Source: Selaginella moellendorffii
Lineage: Eukaryota > Plantae > Lycopodiophyta
Reading direction: 5' to 3'
Assembly: GCF_000143415.4 (NCBI RefSeq)
Contig: NW_003314278.1
Span: 2,386,373 to 2,450,372 of the forward strand
Length of the DNA stretch: 64,000 nt
The position numbers and the translations under genes were made by a program. Of the stretch, positions 48,823 to 59,260 are shown in pieces (positions within the stretch are counted from its first letter, which is position 1; each line of letters opens with the position of its first letter). The notes beneath the pieces are model-generated. The model had not been told where the DNA came from. It worked only from the letters and a program-made list of their open reading frames with translations, and ran no database searches.

Positions 48823-50028
48823 TTAGCTGCAAGAGGAGAATGGCAGTGGCGTGCTACACCATGGACACACCGTGGAAGGATCGCTCTCGAAGAAACTGGC
48901 CAGGCGCATGGTTGTCTGGAGGGAGATCTTATTGGAGGAGATCATGTGAGTCAGCACGTGACTCAGCTTCTTGTTCCAGAGGCCCTCCACGTAGGCGAGA
49001 ACCACGTCCCACGTCGGCAGCCCCACGGCGATGGCGTCCAGGTAGACCTCGAGGAATAGCTGATCGTAGTCGCGCAGTGGCATGCCATAATCCTGCTTCA
49101 TCCCTTCCAGCCGCCGCAAGAGTAGCGATCGATCGCCGCGGCAGCTCCCCCAGTCGTCGTTGGGCATGAAGAATCTGACGAGCTCGGTCTTGAGCTCCTT
49201 CCAGCTCCGGATCCCTGGCGCCCCCGCGCGGCGCTCCGGCGTGAGATTGGGGGAATTCTTGGATCGCGGCGCCCCGCCATTGCGATCTTGGTGGGCGATC
49301 TTGGATGTTGGATCGTTCTTGTTGCATGGCGATGACGAGCCGGAGCCGACAATGCGCCACCACTTGTGCGCGGCGCCCGAGAGATGGAAGACCGCGCAGT
49401 CGATCTTTTCCTGCTCGCTCATCGATGGGCCGCAAATCTGGAAGAAACCGTCCATCTTGCTCACCCATTCCTCGATCGCGTCCGCGTCCCACTGCCCCTC
49501 GTAGACGGGGAGATCCACGCCCTTCCACCTGAAAATCTCTAGCCGCTGGTGATCGAGATCGGGATCCCAGGACGAACTGGAGAGGGAATCCGGCGATGCC
49601 GATCCTGGTGCCGGTGACAAGAATCCGCCCCAGCCATTCTCGTCCTCGTCGTCCGCGAATGGAAATTCCGGGATCACCAGAGGCGAGGATCGGGGGGAGG
49701 ATCTGGGCGAGCTTTGGGGCTGGATCCTCCGCGGCGAAGGCGAGGGCGACGGCTGCCGCGGCCGCTGCTCGATCGCGGGATTCTCCTCGTCGGAGCGCAC
49801 GAAGAGAGGATTGGCGTGTTCTTGGGGCTGCTGCTGCTGCTGCTGCTGCTGCCGGGGCGGGATTGGGACGATCTTGACGGCGTAGTGGTGGCGAACATCA
49901 CTGATGCGCGAGCAGCAGCCGCCAAGATTCAATCCCAGGCCCATCCTGGCGTTGCGCCTGGAATCCACGAACGAAGGCGCCATGGCGGGCCTGTAAAAGC
50001 CAGATTCTTTGCGCTCGCCGCTATTCAT
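48823..50028 (-). CDS. Stand-alone Ty3/gypsy Gag capsid-derived protein (candidate domesticated gene)
   Basis: Intact ORF of about 401 aa from the first ATG. Capsid motifs LPVYEG..DAIEEWVSKMDGFF, AVFHLSGAAHKWW, SWKELKTELVRFF, LEGMKQ and YVEGL. Low-complexity polyQ/SP N-terminus; no pol or LTR nearby. Confidence 0.8.
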   Translation of the reverse strand: MNSGERKESGFYRPAMAPSFVDSRRNARMGLGLNLGGCCSRISDVRHHYAVKIVPIPPRQQQQQQQQPQEHANPLFVRSDEENPAIEQRPRQPSPSPSPRRIQPQSSPRSSPRSSPLVIPEFPFADDEDENGWGGFLSPAPGSASPDSLSSSSWDPDLDHQRLEIFRWKGVDLPVYEGQWDADAIEEWVSKMDGFFQICGPSMSEQEKIDCAVFHLSGAAHKWWRIVGSGSSSPCNKNDPTSKIAHQDRNGGAPRSKNSPNLTPERRAGAPGIRSWKELKTELVRFFMPNDDWGSCRGDRSLLLRRLEGMKQDYGMPLRDYDQLFLEVYLDAIAVGLPTWDVVLAYVEGLWNKKLSHVLTHMISSNKISLQTTMRLASFFESDPSTVCPWCSTPLPFSSCS

Positions 50029-50769
50029 TGGCAAGAACACGAAGAACAAGGGCTCGCGCGGGGGAAAAGAAAACTCTGGGAAGAACACTAGCCCTAAGGA
50101 AATTTGACTAGTTCCGAACGTTGACGTTGACTAACATACACTCCTTTCAATGGCCCTTCTTTACACTAGAAGGAGCCTTGCATGGTCGGTATGCTGCACG
50201 ACTTGATCCACATGTGCACCGAGTATGGAGCGTGGAGTGAGCAAGATTCTCAAACAACTCATAACACAGTTGCATTTTTGCATCCATCAATCTCATGCTT
50301 TAATAATGGGCACCACCAGATTATCAAAACAGAGATAGAAAGATAGTGAACGCCAGGTTTCACTGCTGCATAGTTTTCAGGTCCTTGTTTGCTCTATGAA
50401 AGCCACCATAGCAGACAAATGTGCCTTCTCCTCAAGCACTCTTTGTCCAGCTTGCCAGAGCCTTAGAGAACAACGCAAGAAAAAGAAAAGTAATGAGAGT
50501 TTCCACGAAAACTCATGAAGAACAAGACAAGCAAAAGAAAACTAGGCATACTTTCAGTATCCTAGAGGCTTAGATTGCTCAAGAAGATGTGGCATACTTT
50601 CAATACCCGCTAGGCTTAGATTGCTCCATGCTGTTCCAACAACACCACCTGGGGACTGTGTTTTCCCCTAATTATTTCAGTTTCACCACATATGGTCTTT
50701 ACATTATTTGTGGTAGATATCTCTACGGTGAAGATATGATTATTGAGGTGCCGTCATTGTTCTTTCTGG

Positions 50770-50900
50770 ATGAAGCATTGATCAGTTGGACCAGCGAGCA
50801 GCAAACTTCTATAGCTCTCTCATCAACAAAAGTTGAGTACACTAAAGCCTTGGCAGTACAAAAAGCAGTGTGGCTACAAGAAACAAATCAAAAGTCAAGC
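50770..50900 (+). mobile_element. Ty1/copia RNase H remnant
   Basis: ISWTSEQQTSIALSSTKVEY...KAVWL resembles the copia ISW.SKKQ..VALSSTEAEY motif. Confidence 0.7.
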
Positions 50901-51542
50901 TCCACCTCTAGTGAAGAGTGACAAGCCATCTAACTATGGAATCTGAGGTATCACTCAGATAAAACACTTTGATATCAAATTCAAGAGCAGGTACGCAAGA
51001 AGATTTCCTGGAGCATATCTCTACTAAGTGCAACCAAAAGCATCTGATCTGTATATATAGTAACTCTATTGTAACTAAAATTGTGATGAGCTTAGTATAT
51101 CTGCAGTCATTTCCTAGGTGGAGATATATAATCCATTCAAATTTTGCTTGATGGCACTTCGATTGTCACATCTTTACTGAATATGAATTTGAATTTAGCA
51201 CTATAGCCAACAGGCAGTTTTCACCCTTTTTCCCAGTTAAAACCTGTAAAACAGGTTTACCAAACTGGTTTATTTTTCAGTCCGATTATTATTTTACCAA
51301 TTTAAAAGATTCAATCAATATATTCTTTTGAATAGAGACTTTATTGCTTTTTTAACCTACCTTTTCCCAAAGAGTAAAAGTATTTTTCAGTTTTTAACGC
51401 CCATGTTTAATTCTATAATTTTCAAAATGTTCTATTTTCCATTCGAGAAAGTTATATGAAATTTCTGCCCTAAACATAAGAGTTGATGATATTCTAAACT
51501 CACGCTTTTTGAGTCTGTAACCTTATGATTTTTAGAACAGCA

Positions 51543-51985
51543 GCTGCATAGATGACGCCACAAGGCTGTTCGATGCAGATAGCCATGATCACCGCTTGTG
51601 CCGACCGCCCGTTTGGACGACACGGCAAGGTTCCCAGAGCAGGACATGTTCTCTTGGGATGCCCTCCTAGCCCCACTGCATTTGGACGTGGTGTCAACAC
51701 TGATATCGGGTGGTACCCAATATCAGTGTCAGTATCGGTGGTTTCCTCCACCAGGCCAAGAGACTCTCTGATAGAGTGCTGGATCGAAGCGTGATGCTGT
51801 GGACATCGGCCTCCAGGTTTGCATTCCTGGGCTGGTGTCTGTGGCACCCAAGGCTGAAAAGCTAGCGCTGTGTGAGATGGCCCTGCCTGCCTCAAGAAGC
51901 ATCACCCCTCCTGGGTTCAGTTTTTTCCCCATTCTACAACCAAGAAGCAAGTTTGTGTGACTAATGTTGGTTGGGCAATGAACAA
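51543..51985 (+). repeat. Copy 1 of a duplicated PPR-fragment-containing block (copy 2 at 56135-56594)
   Basis: Both copies share GCTGCATAGATGACGCCACAAGGCTG...TATCAGTGTCAGTATC...GGGCAATGAA. Confidence 0.85.
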
Positions 51986-53239
51986 GATCAAAACACTGGC
52001 AAGCTGAGATAAGAGGGGTACTCATCTTCGTCTTGAATCTGCAGGGCCTTCTCTACTTCAGGCTTTTCCAAACACGTCAAACACGTCGTGCTCTACCGTG
52101 GAGGTTGATGGGCTCGAGTTGGAACAAGCCATCAATCTTCTCAATGGCCAAGATCTGCCACAATGGGAACGTGACATCGACATGCATTCTGGAGGAATGG
52201 AGGTTGATGGACTCGAGTGAGGGATCTCGATAAATCCACACCAAGCCAAAGAGCTATGGAAAGCACTGGCAAGGCTGGATTACTAGATTAAGAACACTCC
52301 AACTGGATGTTTTTGCGAAAATCTCCAAGCCTGTGGTTTTTTTTTATGTATGAAGCTCAAATAGGGACTTGAGCAATCCAACCAGATCCAAAAATCAAAT
52401 TCCACTAAATGGATATTTCCTAATTTTTGAAGTTAATGTTTTTTACAGAAACAAAGAACAAAAAGTTATTTGAGCTAGAAAAAAAGAAAAACTGGGATCA
52501 TCCAACGAGCTCTGTCTTTAGCTGACAATTATGTGTTGTATTTATCATCATTGGCATCCAAACCCTGTGTTCTTGGTTGCTCCAAGATGCTAAGCCTTGC
52601 AAGTCAGGATTTATCAGAGAACATTTGAGTGAAAGGAATACAAAGTTGAAAAACAAAGCTGGTTTTAGAATGCAAACCTGGAGGCCAAGCTACAAATGTC
52701 GTGGTTCCACTCCCGGGCAAGTATATCAATGTGCAAAACCACATTGGAACCATAGTCTTCTCTCCCATGCCACCGCTATATGAATCGACATCACAGCTTT
52801 GGGAGGGCAATGAAGGCTATGGTCTCCATCTGGCGATGGTGATGGAGTGGCAATGCCATCAATTCGTGTGTGAAACAAAGACGCAATTTCCTGCAGCTCC
52901 ATCCCCCAAGAAGGTAGAGCTTGCTGCCCAGAGCCTGGCACACGAATACCCATGCCTTTGGTGAGGAGGAATCCAGTGCCACTGGGTATCAAAACCTCTT
53001 ATCGTCCAAGACTTGTCTGGCTCTGGAGTCTGGCGAATAGTTGATGATCAACTGCGAAAGGAGCAGCGCAAGTCTCCCGCACAGGGAAGCGTGCTGGATA
53101 GATGAGCTAAGCACCGGCAATGCGCATTCTTCTTGCTATCACTATAATGCCCGGTTTGGACATATTGACAAGGAGATCAACGCCTTTCACTCGATTCAGG
53201 ATCCAAATGTCTTCTCCTGGAAAATCCTTTTTCTTTTGC

Positions 53240-53390
53240 AGGAGAGGAAGTTTTTCGATGAGAAGTTCGTCCTACTAGACACCAAGACGTTGTGTGAGCT
53301 CAAGTTGGAAGTCGAAAGCCTTGAGATGGACTTGACCAGTCGACTCTAGCTCGGATGATGGAAGGAAAGACACCGAAAGAGATCCGGACT
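53240..53390 (+). pseudogene. SKP1-like (ASK20/21-type) exon fragment
   Basis: FDEKFVLLDTKTLCEL...DLTSR, then LARMMEGKTPKEIR after a frameshift. Confidence 0.7.
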
Positions 53391-54504
53391 ACCAGACGAT
53401 CTAACTTAAGTAGGAAGCTAATGTTATAGATCTCTAACAGGCATGATTACTCATTAAAGAGCTTGCGAACTGATTAATTCCTGCTCGGCTGTGGACAAGG
53501 AATGCATTTTTCTGGGAAGCTTTATCCAGATTGGAGATGTAGACATGGTGGCGTCGTTTAAATTGCAGCACAGCATGAGATGAAGCCAAAGAAAGGTTTG
53601 ATCGATAAGAAGGATCAAATCTCATGAACACAATGTTAGAAGCATCAAATTCATGATCACGGCTCTTTCTCCCCAAGGTGGATATTGTGAAAAGCCTTGC
53701 TCTTTCAATTCGCTTAGGACCACCAAAACTACAACACAAGTCCGTCCACAAGCCATCCATCAGGCTGTCCGATCAGCAGGATTCCTCATCCCCTCCCGCT
53801 ACTAGCGACAACTAATTAAGTTGCTTCGTTTCTTACTTAGCTCAAGTTTAGGGTTCATCGTTGAAGGTCGGACGGGGGTTGTCCACTCTGCCCAGCGAGT
53901 AAAGAAAGTGAAGCTGTTTGCAACGAGAGGTATGATCAACGGTAAAAGAAAGGCTAGTGGCAATCAAGAATTCGTGTTGAAACTCTCAACGTTTGAAGAC
54001 GATGAAAAGGAGCCACATGATATGCTCAAACAACTCAAACAAGCAAAGTGCAAAACAAGGGCCAAGGAACTCTCAACGCGAAGGGAAACTCACCGATGTG
54101 GACAATACAAACGATCATTGAAAGTTGACGATACTTAGCTTCAGGTTTGCGTGTGTTTCAATTGGTTCTAATTTCTTGTCATGAAGAAGCCAAGTGACCT
54201 TAGATAGAAGTTTACGCTGTGGCAGTGTCAAAACCAGACGATCTACACAAAGCTACCCTGTGGTTTCCTTGAAAAGAAATGAATACATTTATAAAGTAGT
54301 TATGTCAAAAAACGCGAAAGTAGCTTGTGAGCTTCCCAGAGACGAGCGTCTGGGCTGTGGCAGCTACTCAAGAGCTCGTTAAACCTCCTGTAGCTGTCCG
54401 AGCTTGAAGACCTCGGACTCGTCACTTGCAAAACTTAGCTCGGTAGTGGATTCTCATGCCTTGTTCCAGAGCTTTCAGTTTGATCATCTTCCCACCAATG
54501 AGTC

Positions 54505-54780
54505 TCAGCTGCTAAAGCCGAGCAAGCCTTGATGGACGCGAAGAAAGTCCTGGAATCCGGTGCAGAGACCTCTGAGAGATTCTATGCCATTCTGTGCGTG
54601 TCCCAAGATGAAAGCATTCCAGGCCACTACATTGTGGCAAGGCATCCTGTCAGACACCCTCCTCGCCTCAACCAGGCTGCCACACCTCCCATACATGCCG
54701 ATCAAGCTGCACGAAACGTAGAGATTGGAGCAAACCCTGCTCTGGATGGCGCGATTCCCCTCTCTAAATCCTTGGAGCTC
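54505..54780 (-). pseudogene. PPR fragment
   Basis: SLIGMYGRCGSLVEARRVSDRMPCHNVVAWNAFILGHAQNG. Confidence 0.75.
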
Positions 54781-56052
54781 AACCCTGAAAGGAGCTCCTC
54801 TGAGCAGTCTGTGCTGTGAACCCGGCATTGTCCCAATCTGTGGTAGTAGCTGTGGAGCGCGGGTCGAAGGAAATGCATCCATCCGTCGAGCGCCAAAAGA
54901 ATCTTTTGTCGAAGAGCCCTAAAATTCCGAAGAGCTGTATCTGATAGGATTCGAACCTTGGACTTATGATTTGTGTACCAAATGCTCTAGGGCTTTTTAG
55001 TGAGCCGGCGAACAAAAAGTAGTGGTATTTATTGCGAAGAAACTTTTCTAGTAAAGTCCTTGTTCTCCTCGGCCACCTCGAACCCGGTCTACACTTACCT
55101 GATAACCAATTCCTCAGCAACCGGGTTCGTATCAAACCTTGTACTTACCCATAGAAGGCCAATGTTAATGTTCTTCCTTTCCCGCTGCCGACAAGGGCTT
55201 CAGCGTCCAGGTGAAGCTTTCTTGGCCTAGCCCGGGCTTATGCCACAAGCAGCACATTCCACTACAAGGCGGCATCGGGAAGGAGGTGTTTGATCGGAAC
55301 CTTGTGGCGTGGAACACGCTGCTTGCTGCATACTCGAAGCAGGGGCTTGTGGGTTGGAATGCAATTCACACACAGCTTTGTGTCACGGTGATAGTGCTTT
55401 GCTCCACTCAAATCCGGCCTCACACAGTGGTGCTTGAGCTGGGCCTTTTTCCCAGCCTCGCTAGCGTGTCTTCCATGTACGTCCTCACACCCAGATTCAA
55501 ACCGATTCGAGCGTTGACCTCAGAAATCCTCCCTTCTCATGCCGTCGGCGAAGTTCCTGGGATCCATCTCCAGCTGCCCAGACAGTCGTCTCCGCTGCTC
55601 TTGAAACAACCTTGGATCCTGGCCCGGAACAAAACTTCCACTCACGTTTGCCAAAGGAAGAATCGCTGCTGCCGCTGTTCCTGGAAAGCCTTGCGATCCA
55701 TACACTAGTGGCTGAGCGGCCTCTACAGCTTCTCCCTGTCCCCCGACTCCTCTCCTCCAAGTCCTCCAAAGATCTAGAGTTGAGATCCTTTCCTGGCATG
55801 AAATGTTGCTGGTTGGCTGGAATAGACCATTGTTGACGCTGTGGAGGCTCCCAAAGGAAGACTGTAAGATCGGCTTGAGAAAACCAGGAACTAGCTGAGA
55901 CATCTTTGATCGTTCTCCAGCGTCATGGAAACTATCAGTGGTGGCCATGTTTTGAGCTGCCAGCTGCTGATAATTCTCCCACTCCCACTCTGATAGACGA
56001 TGAGCCCCTGGATGCCTTGAACTTATAGTGTCACTGCCGCCGACTATGACGC

Positions 56053-56594
56053 TTGATCCACCACCTGTTCGATGGCATGCCCAAGAGGAGCCTCGTGTCG
56101 TGGTCGGCGATGCTAGTGGTGTTTGCAAAGAGTGGCTGCATAGATGACGCCACAAGGCTGTCCGATGCAATGCGGATAGCCATGATCACCGCTTGTGCCG
56201 ACCGCGACCTGGCCCGGGCCAAGCTCTGTTTGCACGACACGGCAAGGGTGACGAGCCTCCCGGAGCAGGAAATGTTCTCTTGGGATGCCCTCCTAGCCCC
56301 ACTGCAGGCGGTGTCGACACTCATATTGGGTGGTACCCGGTATCAGTGTCAGTATCAGTGGTGGTTTCCTCCACCAGGCCAAGAGACTCTCTGACAGAGT
56401 GCCGGATTGAAGCGTGACGCTGTGGACGTTGGTCTCCAGGTCTGCATTCCTGGGCTGGTGTCTCCGGCGCTCAAGGCTGAAAAGCTAGTGCTGTGTCCCA
56501 AGAAGCATCACCCCTCCTGGGTCCATGTTTTTCCCCATTCTAAACCAAGAAGAAAGTTTTGTTTGTGACTGATGTTGGTGACCATGGGCAATGA
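56053..56594 (+). pseudogene. PPR fragment plus copy 2 of the duplicated block
   Basis: LFDGMPKRSLVSWSAMLVVFAKSGCIDDA. Confidence 0.7.
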
Positions 56595-57357
56595 ATTGTA
56601 TGTCAACCTGTAATATGACATACCTCTCAAGGACATTAGAATCCTCTTGACTAACATTTAAGAACCTGGAAACTATTCCTTGTGCACACAAGGTAGATCC
56701 AGCAACTTACATCTTGGCTATACAGGATACTCCTCATAATGAGGAGTATCCTGTATAGGCAAGCTGTAGGGAGCTTGATGCATGGCTTAGGACTTTGCAC
56801 AGGTGCTTGCATTTGGTTTGGCACGTGCCCAACATTGTTGGGCGATGAAGCGTTCAATCGCTTGAGTCAAATTCCTGTTTCCCCTTCCCTAGTCTAGCAT
56901 TCACACGCTCGAGGGTGGCCTAGCAAAATCGGCTTGCTCTCGGATCCAATCTGGATATTCTGCACGAACCTAGTCGAGAACTTTGAAGTTTGCTTGCTTT
57001 GAGAGTCCGAGCCTTCCTCCTCAAGAAGCACATTCTCGACCGCTGAGCAACCTTCTCCATGAGCTAATAGCTCCTTAATCCTTGTGAAAGTGCTCCCATT
57101 CCTGGGACTTTAGCAGAGGCGTGAAGGCCCTAGATAAATGCACGTCCAGCAAGGTGTTCACTTTCGACGGAAGAGACCATAGCAACCATCCTTGAAGCTC
57201 TTGTTAAACCTTCAATGTCTCCAGCTGCCAACCCAAACATCAAAACATCCACATAGGTCGTTGCCCTGACCCTTGTTGACCAAGTCAATCAACCTGCCCT
57301 AGTCAACTTTTATAGACTTGCCGTTTTCTTCTCATTTAAAATTCAAAAACTCTGCTT

Positions 57358-59202
57358 TTAGGATTCTTCGCTTGTCATGAGCTCCAAGAAGGCCGCCATT
57401 TGCTGCCCGCCATCGCCGCCCATCCTCTGGAGCTTCCAATTCCCTCCAATTCCCCCCTCTCCCCTGGCCTTCCTCGTGAGCCCCATCTCTTTCATCCGGC
57501 TCCTCACGAGCTCCCTATCCTCCATCTTCCCAGCGGCCGCGTAGATGTTGGAGAGCACTATGTGCGAGGCGGCGCTCTGGGGATCTAGATCATGGAGCCG
57601 CTGCGCCGCCACCGCGGCATTCTCGACCGCCCGGTGGATCCGAAAAGAACCTAGCAACGATCCCCATGCCCTGGCGTCCGGCTCGAATGGCATGCTCTGT
57701 ATCAGATCCATCGCTCGCCCAAGATGCCCCAATCGCCCCAGGATGTCCATCATGAGGTTCCAGTGCTCCACCGCCGGCTGGATCCCGTGCTCCGCCGCCA
57801 TGCCCGTGAAGTATCCCCAGCTCGCCTCGATCCGCCCGGCGTGATTGCACGCGACAAGCGCGTTCGTGAAGGAGATATGATCGTGCCCAATCCCCTCCAC
57901 ATCCATCCGGGCGAAGATCTCCAGCGCCAGATCGCCCCTGCCGCAGTGCGCGCACGCTGCCATGATCGCATTCCACGCCACCACATCCCTCTCATCAATC
58001 AACTCGAAAGCCCTTGCCGCGCCCGCCAGGTTGCCACTCTGCGCATACGCCTGGATGAGCGCCGTGGCGGCGATGGCGTCCCTGTCTGGCATCGCGTAGA
58101 AGATTCCCTCCGCGCTGGGGAGATCGCCATTCTCGGCAAATCCCATCAGCATCGCGTTCCACACGACGCGATCTTTCTCGGGCACTGCCGCGAATAGAGC
58201 CCTAGCTTCTTCCAGATGCCCGAGCTGGGCATATGCTACAAGCATGGCCGTCCAAGATACCACTGTTCTTTGGGGCATGGAATCGAACACCCAACGTGCC
58301 GAGTCCACCTCGTTGGATAGAACATACCCATGCAAGAGCACCGTCCACGTAATGACGTTCGCGTATGGCATTGAATCAAACACTGCTTTTGCGTCCTCCA
58401 AATGCCTCGTGGCGGCAAATAGTTGAAGAACACTTGTCCACGAGACGATGTTCCTCTCGGGCATAGATGCGTAGAGGTTCTTCGTGTAATCGAGATCTCC
58501 ATGCCGTGACATCGCAGCGATCATTGAGTTGTAGCTCACGAGGCTCCGGACAGGCATAGATTGGAAGAACGTTTTAGTATCGCGCAGATCCCCAGAGAGC
58601 GTAAAGCCCTGGAGCATCACGGTCCAGGAGACGACGTTCCTCTCGGGCATGGCATCGAACAGCGCCTTTGCGGGCGCAAATTTCCCGCCAGCGACGAACG
58701 CCTGGAGCATCGACGTCCAGGAGACGATGTCTCGGACGATCATCTGGTCGAAGATCCCTTTGGATCCCTCCAGGCAGGAGTTCTGGGTGTAGGCAGCGAT
58801 CATGGCGTTCCAGGCGGGGGTGCTCCAGCCGGGCATCCGATCGAAGAGCCGCTTGGCGCTCTCGATATCCTTGTTCTGTGCCAGAGCGCCGATCATGGTC
58901 GTCCAGGAGAAGAGATTGGGGGCTTTGATCTCCCGGAACACCGCCAGCGCCTCGCCCGCGCTCTCGCACTTGCCATACATCTGCACAAGGAGATTGGCGA
59001 GGAAGCAGTCGTCGTGGAGCTCGCTGTGCCGGATCCGAGTGTGGACGCTTCTCCCCCGGTGGAGATCCTTGCAGTCGCCGCAGGATCTGATCAGCGCCGC
59101 GAAGAAGATCTGCGTAGATTCGCCGCTTGGCTTTGATGGAAGATCTTTGCCATCGCTCTTCTTCCTCGTCTCAAGCGCACCGCCGGCCCCAATCGCGGCC
59201 AT
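57358..59202 (-). CDS. PLS-E class PPR protein
   Basis: 614-aa ORF with a full E domain (HIVLSNIYAAAGK...MKEMGL) and no DYW. Confidence 0.94.
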   Translation of the reverse strand: MAAIGAGGALETRKKSDGKDLPSKPSGESTQIFFAALIRSCGDCKDLHRGRSVHTRIRHSELHDDCFLANLLVQMYGKCESAGEALAVFREIKAPNLFSWTTMIGALAQNKDIESAKRLFDRMPGWSTPAWNAMIAAYTQNSCLEGSKGIFDQMIVRDIVSWTSMLQAFVAGGKFAPAKALFDAMPERNVVSWTVMLQGFTLSGDLRDTKTFFQSMPVRSLVSYNSMIAAMSRHGDLDYTKNLYASMPERNIVSWTSVLQLFAATRHLEDAKAVFDSMPYANVITWTVLLHGYVLSNEVDSARWVFDSMPQRTVVSWTAMLVAYAQLGHLEEARALFAAVPEKDRVVWNAMLMGFAENGDLPSAEGIFYAMPDRDAIAATALIQAYAQSGNLAGAARAFELIDERDVVAWNAIMAACAHCGRGDLALEIFARMDVEGIGHDHISFTNALVACNHAGRIEASWGYFTGMAAEHGIQPAVEHWNLMMDILGRLGHLGRAMDLIQSMPFEPDARAWGSLLGSFRIHRAVENAAVAAQRLHDLDPQSAASHIVLSNIYAAAGKMEDRELVRSRMKEMGLTRKARGEGGIGGNWKLQRMGGDGGQQMAAFLELMTSEES

Positions 59203-59260
59203 TCTCCTTTGCGCGCAAATTCAAAATTCAAAATCATTTAAAAAAGAGCCATAGTCAGCC

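Noticed and set aside
55850-55990. SABATH methyltransferase fragment
   Set aside because: The resemblance (FLKPILQSSFG) is too short to call.
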